A stretch of 64,000 nucleotides of DNA. Source: Felis catus (Eukaryota). A model generated the notes under the pieces. It was not told where the DNA came from. It saw nothing but the letters and a program-made list of their open reading frames with translations, and made no database searches. Shown piece by piece: positions 23,190 through 35,805 of this stretch (the first letter of the stretch is position 1; each line of letters starts with the position of its first letter). The DNA lies in the NCBI RefSeq assembly GCF_018350175.1, contig NC_058368.1, positions 15,316,001-15,380,000 on the forward strand, read 5' to 3'. A program made the translations under genes and the position numbers.

Positions 23190-23393
23190 TCTTCCTTTTA
23201 TTTATTTATTTTTAAAATATTTCTTTTTGAGAGACAGAAAGAGCGTGAGCAGGGGAAGGGCAGGGGGAGGCGGACAGAGGATCCTAAGTGGGCTCAGCAC
23301 TGTCAGCAGTGAGCCCAGTGCGTGGCTCAAACTCAAGAACCATGAACTGAGTTGAAGTTGGACACTAAACCAACTGAGCCACCCAGGCACCCC
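23190..23393 (-). mobile_element. CanSINE inserted in the tail of the next SINE
   Basis: Head ...gagccacccaggcacccc. Confidence 0.9.
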
Positions 23394-23395
23394 TC

Positions 23396-23462
<67 letters not shown>

Positions 23463-23643
23463 TAGGTTTATTTTTTAGAGAGAGAGATATTGAGCATGAG
23501 AGCTGGGCAGGGGCAGGGGCAGGGGCACAGAGAATCCAAAGCAGACTCCGCACTGAGCAGGGAGCCCAAGGCATGGTTTGAACTCACAAACCATGAGATC
23601 ATGACCTGAGAAGGCTCAACTGCCTGAGCCACTCAGGGGTCCC
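23394..23643 (-). mobile_element. CanSINE with (TTTC)n-expanded tail
   Basis: Degenerate TSD ataacatgcccctttc / atagcaagcccctttc encloses both SINEs; (TTTC)n at 23397-23463. Confidence 0.88.
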
Positions 23644-24030
23644 GATAGCAAGCCCCTTTCAACCACAGCTGAGTTCATGACTTTTCAAAAAGCCCCTAGG
23701 GATGAGGGAGGGGTGGTCACCAGAAGGACCAACCTTCTGTTGTGTGATTAGAGGGTTGAAACTTTCAGCCCTCTGACCTCCAGGGAGGGGAGAAGGACTA
23801 GAGCTCAACTGAATCTCCAATGGCCAGTAAATCAATCAATCAAAGGAATGTAATGTAGCCTCAATAAAAGTCTCAAAAAGAGTGTCCATGATGGTAAACA
23901 GGTGGCAGTGCTCGGAGAGTGGTGCACCCAGACAGGATATGGAAACTCCATGTCATTCCTCACATGCTTGGCCCTATGCATCTCTTTCATGCAGGCTGTT
24001 CCTGAATTATATCCTTTTATAACAAACTAG

Positions 24031-24795
24031 TGCAGGGGTTCAGAAAGAGTCAACCAAAGATGTGTTGTTTGGTATGCTGGTTATTTTGAGCTGAAAACAA
24101 TTAAGGAACAATTAAGACTCAGGAAGAAACTTTAACCTTCCACCTAAGAATTTAGATAGAAGATCTGCTCTAGGAAAAGAGCTATTACCATAAATAACTA
24201 TGATTATAACATGAACTAGGTGTGGTATACAGGAAAAACCTAGCAAGGCCTGTTTGATAAAAGTCCTCTCTGTGTCCCATTGTTTCTGGATGGCCCAGAA
24301 AATATTTGTTTACTAAACATTTACTCTTTCCATTTTCCTGTGAATTGTCTTCCTTTCCTTTGAAGCTCCAGACCTCTACCTCATTCTTCCTACTTCAGGA
24401 TGACATATATACTTCATTTTGCTTTTCTCTAGAATCTCATGGTTATATGGATTCCCTGTAAGTATGTAATTAATTTTTTTAAGTTTATCTATTTACTTTG
24501 AGAGAGAGAGAGAGGTAGGGAGGAGTTGGGGGCGGGGGTTGGGAGGAGCAGAGAGAGGGAGAGAGGGAGAAAGAATCTTCATGCTGCTTGGGGTCTGATA
24601 TGGGGGTCTCATAAACCGTGAAATCCTGACCTGAGCCAAAAACAAGAGTCAGATCCTCAACCAAATGAGCCACCCAAGTGCCCCTATATGTAATTAAATT
24701 AGATTTTCTCCAGTTAATCTGTTTCATGTCAATTTAATTCTTAGACTAGCCAGAAGAACCTTAAAAGGTAAATGAAAACTACCCTCACCCCAACA
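24031..24795 (+). mobile_element. MER34-like ERV1 solo LTR nested in MER21
   Basis: TGCAGGGGTTCAGAA...ttattttgagctgaa start; ends ccccaACA; MER21 resumes immediately. Confidence 0.8.
24474..24684 (-). mobile_element. CanSINE
   Basis: TSD TATGTAATTAA on both sides. Confidence 0.9.
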
Positions 24796-25419
24796 CAGTA
24801 ATCTAGTAAGTAAAATACCTGAGTTCTGTGAGCCCCCTCTAACAAACAAGTCAAACCTCAGGAGGGGTGGTAGGAACCTCTAATTTACAGCCCGTTGGTC
24901 AGAGGCACAGGTGACAACCTGGACTTGCCACTGGAATCTAAAATATGTGTATTTGGGGCATAGTCTTGTAGGACTGAACCCTCAAATTGTGGGGTCTGCA
25001 CTAACTCCACGTAGATAGTGTCAGAATTGAGTTACCTTCTTGAACACAGCTAGTGTCCAGCTAGTGTCACAGAATTGCTTAGTGTGGAAAAACTCCAACA
25101 CATTTAGGAACCAGAAGTGTCAGAAGTGAAGTAGTTGTGTAGTAGAGTGTTGAGAAAACACACAGGGGACCACAGGAAGAGTTTTCCTTAATAGTGTGGA
25201 AATAATTCTATCAGGCTGCAAGATCTTGCCAAGAAAACTTACTAGTTATAAGGACATTAATTAGCTTCAAAAGGTGATTTCATATACCACCATTATCTGC
25301 AGTGATTCGAATTCTAAATAGAGATACAGGGGATAGCTCTGGGGACAACTGAAAAGTATTTCTAGGATTCCTATCCCACAAATGTTAGATCACTTGTCCT
25401 TTATATTCTCCAACTGAGG

Positions 25420-25640
25420 TATCATGAGTAGAATTCAGCCAGCCTCAGGACCAGTCCCATCTCTGCCAAGTCTGTGTGATTGGGGATGGGATTAACTACT
25501 GACTTCAGTTAATTCATCTCTAAGATGAGAATAATAAAACTTCATCACATTGTGTAGTTGTGAGAACAAAATAAAATTGTACGTGAGAAAATACATTATT
25601 AACTGTACAGTTCTCATAAAAGCAAGAATTCTAAGTATTA
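25420..25640 (+). mobile_element. MIR
   Basis: 'cttcagttaattcatctctaagatgagaataataa...agttgtgag'. Confidence 0.6.
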
Positions 25641-25719
25641 TTATATGAAATAAGCAAAGTTCAAAAATACTATATAAAGGCCCTAACTCTAACAAAAATA
25701 ACCCTGATGCTAAGAATTA

Positions 25720-25955
25720 AGATAACCACAAAGGCTTATGAAGTATCTGATACTGGGCTAAGAACTTTACTCTCTTTGCCTTATTTAGTCCTTGGAATGA
25801 CCTGTTAAGGCAGTTCTTTTCATTACTCCCATTTTACTGAGAATATGAGTAGCTTACCCATGCTCACATAGCTAGGAACGGTGGAATGAGGATTTGAATC
25901 CAACTCTGTTTGATTCCAAATCCTACACATTTAAGCAATTTGCTATAATGTCTCC
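25720..25955 (-). mobile_element. MIR
   Basis: 'ccccattttac...ctcacatagctagg...ggatttgaatccaactctgtttgattccaaa'. Confidence 0.7.
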
Positions 25956-26869
25956 TTGGGTTTCATCTGAATTTACGCTTAATGTTTGGGATGTGTATAC
26001 ATCACTATATGAGCCTTCACTTGGGATAAATCTTGAATGGTAGTCCCACGTAACATTGGCTAAAACAAAAGCTTAGTCCATAAACTCTATATCCAAGACT
26101 GGAAAGGCAGCTCTGACCACAGAAAGTCTGGCTGGGACCTGAGACCCAAAAGTCCATCAAAATAAGCAGAAAAGACCCCAAAATCTAGGCCCCTATTACT
26201 TCACACTACAGCTGATTACAAGTAATCTAAAAGCAATGACTATCCTATTTAATTCACCTAAGTACATTTATGGACAGACTTACTACTTACTGGCCTATTC
26301 TGAATGTTGGCAGGGAAACTAGAGTTTCAAGGACTAGAGGCCCATTAACAGCCAAGGAGCATGTCTCCAGAGCCAGAAGTCAGCCATGATCAGATCAGTG
26401 AGGGTAGGGAGGAAAGAGCTTGCCCACTCCCATGGAGCATGCAGAGGCTCTAACAGCAGGCCTGCAGAAAAATAGGATTCTAGGGACTGCCTAAGAGGGA
26501 GGTAGAGGTAGTCAATCAGACAAATAACACTAACATTCTCCTGTTGGGGGAAATAAATTATTCAGTTTGCACACTCCTTCAGACTTCAGCCAAACTGGTA
26601 CTTAAGCAACTCAGTTTTCATCTCTGGGAACAGCATAGCAATATAGAAGGACTATACTTATGGCTCTGGGGGTAACAGATGAGGCACCTGGGCTTCTGTT
26701 ATGGTAATATGATAGATGCTGTCCCCACGGCCGCCCTCAGAAGCAAATAGGGCAGCTGCTCTTTCCATGTTAATTAATCAGTCATTACATCTTCTATGCA
26801 TTCCAACCAGGCACGCTGCCATCATTGGTGTATGTACTGCTTTTCATACCCTGCCAGTTTGTTAACCAC

Positions 26870-26996
26870 TGCTGGCCTCACCCATAGAGCATCTGATTCA
26901 CATAGACTGACATAGGCCTTGAGAATTTGCATGTCTCTCAAGGTCCTAGGTGATGCTGATGCTGCTGGTCTGGGGACCACACTTTGAGAATCACTG
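26870..26996. mobile_element. MER5A fragment
   Basis: 'gagaatttgcatgtctctcaaggtcctaggtgatgctgatgctgctggtctggggaccacactttgagaatcactg'. Confidence 0.85.
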
Positions 26997-26997
26997 G

Positions 26998-27310
26998 TGT
27001 AGCAGTTACTCTTCTGAACTGCCGAGATGCCCTATGGGACTGAAGAACTTATTCCTCCAGCTTAAGCGGATGCTGCTTCCTACAGCTGCTGTCCCTCATG
27101 TCAGCCCCTCCAGGAATTGCCCATAGCTGAAGACAACTTCCTGGCCTAAGGTCATGCCCCTTCCCTGGGCAGCCTGCTTACAAGAATTGATAGACGCAGG
27201 GCCCTCTCACATCAGGGTGAAGACTCAGAGTCCCTGAGGGGTTAATGACAGTCTTTGTCATAACTGCTCTGCAAATCCACTTTTCCCTGGGCTCATATTT
27301 CTGGCCACAT
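26998..27310 (+). mobile_element. LTR16-like ERVL LTR
   Basis: TGTAGCAG start; 'ggaattgcccatagctgaagacaacttcctggcctaaggtcatgccccttccctgggcagcc'. Confidence 0.7.
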
Positions 27311-27830
27311 AGGAGCTCCTTTATGACCACCCCCAAGAAAGGACAAAAAGCTGAGCTTGGTTCATGGACAGTGTTAAAAGATAAAATGAGGCATACTAAA
27401 AAATTTAAAGTTTATTTGAACAAAAACTGACCTAAATTGGGCAGAGCCAAATTGGAGCACTATACCAACAGGAGCCAGGGGAAAGACTTATACAGAGAAG
27501 ATGCAGAGGCAAAGAGAGTAAATTGTTTGATTGGTTATAGCTTAAAGCCTAGTTCCTGTTTGTGAGTAGTATTCCTTAGGTTTCAGTTTTTTAACTTTCA
27601 GTAATTTACAGGCTTAGGGTTGGGTTTGCTATGTAGGCCATCAGAGCATTAGAGCCACTTCAGTCTAATGGCCTCCTTGTTTACTTAATTTAACAATGGG
27701 TTTGCTTGGTGGGAGGGAGCAAGACAAAAATCAAGCACAGGTGCAAAACTCCCACTCAGGGATTACCTGGAAGCACAGTGGCAAGGGGAAATCCTCCCAA
27801 TGGACAGAATGCATTCACAAGAGCAAATTA
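27310..27830 (+). mobile_element. ERVL internal pol (RNase H) relic, split by an LTR
   Basis: Translates to AWFMD|G and HSGITWKHSGKGKSSQWTE, matching ERVL RNase H AWFTDG...KDSGEGKSSQWAE. Confidence 0.75.
27372..27695 (-). mobile_element. Short ERV1-type solo LTR
   Basis: Inverted termini TGTTAA...TTAACA; tttatt and gattgg on the + strand imply minus orientation. Confidence 0.7.
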
Positions 27831-28454
27831 TATAGCCAAGCGCCAAGTCAAGTCAACGGGGAGGGCTGTAGGCTCTGCTTCTATGGGAGGCCCTGAAAGA
27901 TACACAGCAGAGCCAGGTGCATGGTTTTATTACAGGACAGTAGTGAAGACTTGGGAACAACCTAATCTATCACAGGTTGGATGGACAGTACATGAATATT
28001 TAAAAATATATATTTTTAATAGCGTATGGGAAGCATGGTGATGTAGATTTGTAGAGGGTTGTTACAGGGGTATGGGCACCTATCCCAGTCTGGAGTGATT
28101 AGCAGAATAAATTGCCAGAAAGCTTCTGGTAGGAAGACATGTCTGAAATAAAACATTAAGATTAACTCCAGGCAAATTAAGGTGGAGGATGGAGATCTGG
28201 GGAGGTCAGAGATGAGGTTAGAAAAATAGGGAGATGACTAGGTCATGCTGAATACTGAAACCCTCAAAAAGGAATTGGAAATTTGTTCTAAGACTTTGAA
28301 GAGCTATTGAGGGGTGTTATGTAAGGTTTGTGACTAGATATAGATTTAGAAGTAATTTTTCCATAAGCCATGTGGGGAATGCGTTGAAGAGGAAAGACTG
28401 GGGAAGAAATAGAGACACAAATTTGCAAGTTCTGGCAATGGTCCAGACAAGAGA

Positions 28455-28712
28455 CAGAGCAGTAGGCCATCACCCTTAAGAGCTCAGACTTCCTGAGACA
28501 GACAGAGTGGGTCTGAATCCCAGTTCTGCCATCAAGGTGTGGGACCATGGATGAGTTAGCCATACTAAACCTTGGTTTCCTCATCTGTAAAGCAAGTATA
28601 GTAACAGCACCTACTGATAGAGCGTGTGATGATTAAACCAGCAAATGACTAGAAAGGGATTAGTTCAGTGTCTGGAACTAAGAAGCCCTTCTGTGTTAAC
28701 TGTCATTATTAT
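28455..28712 (+). mobile_element. MIR, near full length
   Basis: 'gggtctgaatcccagttctgcca...ggtttcctcatctgtaaagcaagtatagtaacagcacctac'. Confidence 0.85.
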
Positions 28713-29941
28713 TCCTGGAGGGTGTGGACTAGTGTAGAAGTCAAAGGGCTTGAGAAGAGGGAAACTGCCACCTTCCAAGAATGTACCTAATATATACAAA
28801 AAGGAGATTAAAAGATCCTCCAGAGCATGAGTAAGGATTTAGAGTTGGTTCAGGGCCATAACCTAGCTCTGCTCTTAGGAACATCCATCTCTTGATTCAG
28901 TAATATTCCCTGAGCATTTACACTGTGCAATGCAGTGGGATTGAGTTGTTACATGTACATGAACACAAGACTCTTGTGCTAAGTGGTCTTCCCTCAGGGA
29001 CTATGGTCTTGTAAACATCACTGGAGACAGATAGTACTTATTTAGCAATGTCTTCATTTCCATCAAGTGGGAGCTTTACTATCCTAATTCATGTTTTCTT
29101 GATAGTTAACAGAAAAGATAAATATATTTCTTCCTCCTTTTAAAATCATCTGTGGGAGGGTTGTAACTATTTGAAGATGTAAAGGTGTTGCTTGGTATTC
29201 AAAGCCTTACAGCTGTTTGTACTGACAGGTGGTTCAAATCTTAAAAGCAACCATAGAAGTAAATGCATTGAAGTGATCTGCTATTGATCTACATGCATTT
29301 GCAATGTCCAATCCATTTAAATTGCTCATGGCCCATTCGTTGTAATCCTAAGTGGTTTTGCATTCTGTGTATGCAGGTACATTGTTGTTCCTTGGCTGTT
29401 GGGACTTGTAGAAAATAGACAGGCTGACATGATCTAGAGTAAAACCTTTCTCATTTTAGGAGGCTTTCTTACTATATACCTGCATGTTTGGTTCTGTAAT
29501 CTTTCCACAGGAACCAAGTATTGCTCTCTGCTGGTACAAGTACGGATTCCTCTCTCTGTACTACAGGAATCTATGAGATGTTAATGATATCAAGTTTAAT
29601 TGTAGGTACTAAAACCCTTCAATTACCATGTTACTTGCCTGTGATAATACATTGTTACAACAATTCTGTAACCACTAAGCTGGCTGGAACTGTGTAAAGT
29701 AGATTATATCGTAGCCCAACTTTCTTTCCCGGTGAGGAGGGGGTTTAGGAGCCTAAGGGCAAATAGAAATGTCTTTAGCCTCTGCACATGCCATTCTCAT
29801 GTGTGTGGTCATCCCAGCCTCCTACCCAGCTTTTTGAATTCTGCTTACCTGCAAAGCACTGCTTCTTTCTCTTCCTACAATACTCAGTTAGACCATCTCT
29901 ATGCTACAGAGGGAAAGTATGGAGGCAGAACAAGAGACCAG

Positions 29942-30487
29942 TGTGAAATGAACAAAGACCAACCTATAGTCATGGCTATTTATTCAGAGCTTGCTATAGT
30001 AAGAAAGTCAGCCATCACTGTTGCAGAGACACAAAGTCAGGCAGAAAAGTGGGAAAGCTTTATAGTGAAAAAAAGGGAAGGCTTCAGGTGTGCCCTTATT
30101 GGAGGCTGCTGGCATAGGGAAGCTGTAGGTGGGCTAACTAGAAGTGCCTCATCCTATGTGATTGGTTAGGGTGCATATTTGGCTTTCTCTGGTGGGTCCT
30201 AAACTGGAAGTAGGGACAAAAATTAGGGAAGTTTTCAGTGATTAATCAAGTTTTGGCTGTTTTGGGCCAATTGTTACAGAAGTTATGGTTAGGCTTCCTG
30301 GACTGTTGCTAGAGATAATGTTCTGACTTCCTACAAGTCTGACTTGCAGACAGTAGACCATCTTCCTGGGCTGGTTACTGAATATCATGGGTTGCTTTTC
30401 TGGACTGATTGCTGCAGACTGTGAGTCAGAGTTCTGTTTTTACATATGGTCTAGCCATTGTCCATTTGTCCATTTAGTCTCTTAACA
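29942..30487 (-). mobile_element. MER67-like ERV1 solo LTR
   Basis: Reverse complement begins TGTTAAGAGACTAAATGGACAAATGGACAATGGCTAGACCATATGTAAAAACAGAACTCTGAC. Confidence 0.75.
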
Positions 30488-30599
30488 GGCAGGAAGTTCA
30501 CATAAGGGCCCAAATGAATTACTGAGATCAGTGAGAATAGAGAGGAAGAAATAAAAGGACAGGATCTGGTGACAGGTGGGGGTGAGGGAAGACTTCAAA

Positions 30600-30800
30600 G
30601 ACCAGGATAGTGGTTAAAACTCTATTGCTACCAGACTGTCTGGATGTAAATTCCAGCTCTGAAAGTCACCTATTGAACATGAAGATAATAATAGTGCCTA
30701 CCATATAGTGTACTATTAGTGTTAAATATAAATTAAATTAGCTACTATATGTAAAGTGATTAGAATAGTCCTTGACCCAAAGTAAGTGTTAGCTGTTCTT
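30600..30800 (+). mobile_element. MIR
   Basis: 'gatagtggttaaaactct...ccagactgtctggatgtaaattccagctctg...gataataatagtgcctacc'. Confidence 0.7.
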
Positions 30801-30971
30801 AATACCCTGGAACAAGTCATTAGCTGACAGCCTGTCAGGAGGAAGAACAGGCTTTGAAGCAAACTTGTGAAATGGTTAGACCTCCTGGTGGTATTCAGGA
30901 GTGAGATTGTGGTTTTTTTTTTTTTTTTCCAGGATCTTGTACACACCTAAAGGCGTCACAGAGTGTGTGCT

Positions 30972-31360
30972 TGCTAAGGACTGAATGTTTGTAGACCCTC
31001 AATATTCATATGTTGAAGCCCCAAGTGTAATGGTATTTGGAGGAGAGGCCTTTGGGAGGTAATTAGGGTTAGTCAAAGTCATGAGGGCGGGCCTTCCATG
31101 GTGGGATTAGTGCCCTTAGAGACCAAAGAGCTTGCTCTCTCTCTCTGAATATGCACACCAAAGAAAGGCCATATGAGGACATGACAAGAAGGTGGCCATC
31201 TGTAAACCAGAAAGTGGGCTATCACCAGACACTAGTATCTGCCAGCACCTTGATCTTGGACTTTCAGCTTCCAGAACTATTAGAAATAAATGTTTGTTGT
31301 TTAAGTCACATAGTCTATCATCTTTTTTTTTTTTTTTTAATAGCAGTCTGAGCTAAGACA
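30972..31360 (+). mobile_element. MaLR solo LTR (MLT1A-like)
   Basis: TGCTAAGGACTGAATGTTTGT ... GAGCTAAGACA; 'gccagcaccttgatcttggactttcagcttccagaact'. Confidence 0.9.
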
Positions 31361-32846
31361 GTATTTTCTGCTGTTATGGTTATCTCCTTTAATTTTAATG
31401 GTTACTGTAGGGTCTGTGGTTTTTTGTTTTTTGTTCTTTTTCCTTCTCCCAAGGAATTAGTGACACTACTTCTCAGGCAACAGTATTATTGGTCTGAGAA
31501 ACTAAATTGCCAGAACGATGAGTAAAATGTAAAATGAGTGAAAAAATAAAACGATTGACAATAGTAATCATAAAGATAACTTACTTGTGTTTAGTGCTTT
31601 ACAGCATACATATTATTTTCTGTTAGTGATCTCAGGCAAATAAAAATAATTATTTTTGACTGCTAAGCATGCAGGGCATAGATACTACATTACAAATTCA
31701 TTCAACTCCCTCTGATACCTGTCTTTCAGTTAATTAGCATCCTAACACTTCAAATTTACACTGATTTTCTTGGCTGTCATTTCTAGGTAGAATCTGATAT
31801 ACTTTTCAAGTACAACTCATAAGCATATATTAATGCTAATGAGTTATTTACTAGCCTTGAATCTTATTAAAACACATTGTCTCACCTATATTTATTTGTT
31901 TACATAAGATCTACTTTGATGACATGAAAGGCAAAGATTCTGTGTAACCATGTACTTTCTAAAAGTACTATCTTTTACCTGTGCTGAAGGGGCAGGGATT
32001 TTTAGAAGACTTCTCCAAGAACAAAAGAGGTGGTGGGTGCCATTTCTCCACCCCCCAAACCTAGATAGCCCAACACCTGTTGGAACCAGTGGGAACAAAT
32101 GTACTTTGCTAACATAACATACCCTGCCCCTGCATTCTTCTGCAGATCGGTCCCGTCCAACCTGCTCCACTTGGCAGGAGTCCCTCCAAAGTGGCTCCTG
32201 CCATATCTCATCCTGCAAGCAGCCCCTGTAGAGATCAGCACCACTCCAGTGTCACTCTTGCCGTGGGAAGAGAGGAAGATAACCATATACACTATAGATA
32301 AGCATATACACTAGTAGTCCCAGGTGAACCTTGTTACTGGCAGTGCAGAGAGAGTGCTCTGCTGATCAGTGTCTGCGAGCCTAGAAGAATGACTGGGGGC
32401 AGGCATCTGGTCTGACTGCCGCACCCCCCCCCCCACCCGCCCCCAAAAAAGGAAAGCCTGTCAGGGGACAACGTAGGAAGATTGCACGGTAGTTCAGTGC
32501 AAGCAAAGTCCCAGGAAAAGGGATGAGGGCAGGCATGTGGTCTGACTACTGATACTACCCAACTACAATGGTCCACAATGGCTCCAGACCAGCACCTTAA
32601 CAGCAGAGGAACCAAACCTGACCCACAGGTCAAAGTGGGCCATTGCAGCCAACTGGACTGAAGGCAAATGAGGCTCAGCCACAACAGAAGGGTATGTGCC
32701 ATCTACATAGGAGACACCCCTGCAGTGCTTCATTCTGATGAACTACAGCACACTACAGGACCAATTCTTTATAAGTCAGCTACTTGCAAGAGCAGGAGAC
32801 AAAACCGACTCTCTTGAAACATAGAAACAAACAGAGATTAGACAAA

Positions 32847-34192
32847 ATGAGGAAACAGAGGAATATGTTCTAAATGAAAGAACAGGACAAAATCACAGCA
32901 AAAAAAGCTAAATAAAACAGAGATAAGCAATATGTCTAATAAAGAATTCAAAGTAATGGTCATAGGGGTGACTGGGTGGCTCAGTCAGTTAAGTGTCTGA
33001 CTCTTGACTTCAGCTCAGGTCATGATCTCTTGGTTCATGAGTTCGACCCTGTGTCAGGCTCTGTGCTGACAGCATGGAACCTGCTTGAGTTTGTTTCCTT
33101 CCCCACTGTGCTCTCTCTCTCTCTCAAAAGTAAGTAAATAAACAACAACAACAACAGGGGTGCCTGACTGGCTCAGCGGGTTAAGTGTCCAACTTTGGCT
33201 CAGGCTGTGATCTTGCAGTTTGTGGGTTCAAGCCCTGTGTTGGGTTATGTGCTGACAGTTCAGAGCCTGGAGCTTGCTTTAAACTCTATGTCTCTTTCTC
33301 TCTTCCCCTCCCCTATTTGTGTTCTGTGTGTGTTTCTCTCTCTCAAAAAAATGAATAAACATTAAAAAAATTAAAAACAACAACAACAACAACGAAGTAA
33401 TGGTCTTAAAGATACTTACTGGACTTGAGAAAAGAGTGGAGGAACTCAGGGAAACCTTCAACAAAGAGGTACCAGAACTGGAGATTTAGAACTCAAAAAA
33501 TGAAATAAAAAATACACTGCAGATTAGAGGAGGCAAAATAATGGGTCACAAGCTGGAAGACAGGGTAAAGGAAAGCAACCAAGCTGAACAACAAAAAATA
33601 AAAAGACTAATAAAAAATGAGAATATGTTAAGGGAACTCAGTGATGTCATCAAGCATAACAACGTTTGCAATATGAATCCCAGAAGGAGAAGACAGGGAA
33701 AAGGGGGCATAAAACTTATTTGAAGAAATAATAATTGAAAATTTTTCCTAATCTGGAGAAGGAAACAAACATCCAGATCCAAGAGCCACAAAAAGCCCCT
33801 AACAAAATTAAACCAAGGAAGCCCGCATCAAGACACACAATAATTAAAATGGCAAAAAGCAGTGATAAAGAGAGATTTTAAAAACAGCAAGAGAAAGGAA
33901 AACAGTTACTTGCAAGGGAAACCCCATAAGGCTGTCAACTGATTTTTTAACAGAAACTTTGCAGGCCAAAAAGTTGTGGCTGACATATTCAAAGTGCCAA
34001 AAGGAAAAAAAAAAAACAAAAACCAAACCAAACCAAAACAAAACAAAACAAAACCCTGTAATCAAGAATACTCTATCCAGCAAGACTATCATTCAGAATA
34101 GAAAAAGAGATAAAGAGCTTCCCAAATAAAAGTTTAAAAAGTTCATCACCACTAAACCAGCCTTGTAAGAAACATTAAAGGAAATTATTTGA
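32847..34192 (+). pseudogene. Disrupted L1 ORF1 relic
   Basis: MRKQRNMF*MKEQDK..., ...SNKEFKVMVI, LRELSDVIKHNNV; stops, frameshifts and SINE insertions. Confidence 0.85.
32965..33394 (+). mobile_element. Two nested CanSINEs (32965-33156 and 33157-33375) in L1 ORF1
   Basis: Outer TSD AAGTAATGGTC(A/T)TA; inner copy flanked by (AAC)n. Confidence 0.9.
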
Positions 34193-34210
34193 ATGGAGAG
34201 AAAAGGCTAT

Positions 34211-34445
34211 GGGGAGCCTGGGTAGCTCAGTTGGTTAAGCGCCTGACTTTGGCTCAAGTCATGAGCCAACTCATGAGTCAACTCACAGTTTGTGAGTTTG
34301 AGCCCCACATCAGGTTCTGCACTGACAGTGCAGAGACTGCTTGGGATCCTCTGTCTCCCTCTCTCTCTGCCCTTCCCCTGCTTGCTCTCTCTCTCTCTCG
34401 AAAATACATAAACACTTAAAACAAAAAAAACTCTTAAAAAAAAAA
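34211..34445 (+). mobile_element. CanSINE
   Basis: ggggagcctgggtagctcag head; internal duplication atgagccaactc/atgagtcaactc. Confidence 0.9.
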
Positions 34446-34644
34446 GGAGGAAAGAAAATGCCATAATCAGGAACAACATTAGAAAAGGAAAAAAAATTCA
34501 CAGGTATATGCAAACAAAACAAAACTAGCAGATTAATCACTTACAAAACCAGTATGTTGGTTAGAGCACAAAAACAGTAAAATCAATTATATCTGTAAAA
34601 ATCAGTCAAGGGGTTCACAAAATAAAAGGATATAAAGTGTGAGA

Positions 34645-34865
34645 GACAAATAAAAACATAGAATGAAATATGGAGAACAAACTGGTGGCTACCAGAGGAG
34701 AGGTGGGTAGGAGAATGGTTGAAATAGGTGAAGGAGATTAAGACTATCCTTATCATGATAAGCACTGAGTAATGTGTAGAATTGTTGAATCACAATATTG
34801 TATACTTGAAACTAATATAACACTGTACATTAATTATGCAAGAATTAAAAGTAAAAAAATAAATT
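34645..34865 (+). mobile_element. Second, 5'-truncated L1 3' end inserted into the large L1
   Basis: 'gagaacaaactggtggctaccagagg...gcactgagtaatgtgtagaattgttgaatca' parallels 38098-38265. Confidence 0.85.
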
Positions 34866-34880
34866 TTTTAAAAGGATGTA

Positions 34881-35320
34881 GGGGCACTTAGGTGGCTCAG
34901 TCGGTTAAGCGTCCAACTCTTGGTTTCAGCTCAGGTCATGGTGTCATGGTTTCATGAGTTTGAATCCCATGTCTTGGGATTCTTGGTCTCAGTCTCTGTC
35001 TCTGTCTGCCCCTATCCCACTCAAACTCTTTGTCTCTCAAAATAAATAAATAAGCTTTAAAAAATAAATAAAGGGCACCTGGTGGCTCAGTCGGTTAAGT
35101 GTCCAACTTCAGCTCAGGTCACGATCTCGCAGTTCGTGAATTCGAGCCCTGTGTCGCGCTCTGTGCTGACGGCTCAGAGCCCTGGAGCCTGCTTCAGATT
35201 CTGTGTCTCCCTCTCTCTCTGCCTCTCCCCTGCTCACATTCTGTTTCTCTCTCACTCAAAAATAAATAAACGTTTTAAAAAACTTAAAAACTTATGAATA
35301 AATAAATAAATAAATAAATA
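34881..35320 (+). mobile_element. Two tandem CanSINEs (34881-35072 and 35073-35290)
   Basis: Two heads, CT regions and A/AAAT tails. Confidence 0.9.
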
Positions 35321-35514
35321 AGATATAAAATATGACACCATACTTGGGGGGGGGAGTCAAACTTTAGTGCTTTTAGAATGGATTCAAACTTATATGGCCA
35401 TCAACTTAATATGGACTGCTATATGCTCATTATATGAGCCTAATGGTAACCACAAATCAAAAACCTGTAATAGATACAAACAAAAAAAAAAAAAAAAAAA
35501 AGAAAATCCTAGAA

Positions 35515-35708
35515 GGGTGCCTGAGTGGCTCAGTCAGTTGAGCATCTGACTTTGGCTTAGGTCGTGATCTCACCGTTTGTGGGTTCAAGCCCCATGTTGG
35601 GCTTTGTGCTGACAGTGGGGAGCCTGCTTTGGATTCTCTGTATTCCTCTCTCTGCCACTCCCCTACTCATTCTCTCTCTCTCAAAAATAAATAAACATTT
35701 AAAAAAAG
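35515..35708 (+). mobile_element. CanSINE
   Basis: TSD AAAAGAAAATCC(T/A)AG. Confidence 0.9.
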
Positions 35709-35805
35709 AAAAGAAAATCCAAGCATATCACTATAAAAAGCCATCAAACCAGAAGGAAAAGAGAGAAAAAAAAGGAACAGAGAAGAACTACAAAAGCAAC
35801 TATAA

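Larger units (their letters stand above)
22974..25193 (+). mobile_element. MER21-like LTR containing two SINEs and a nested MER34-like LTR
   Basis: TGTGATA...tatatttggtct start; 'gtgattagagggttg', 'cctgagttctgtgagc', 'gatagtgtcagaattgagtt'. Confidence 0.8.

Noticed and set aside
29732..30169. 145-aa ORF
   Set aside because: Runs into the MER67-like LTR; chance ORF
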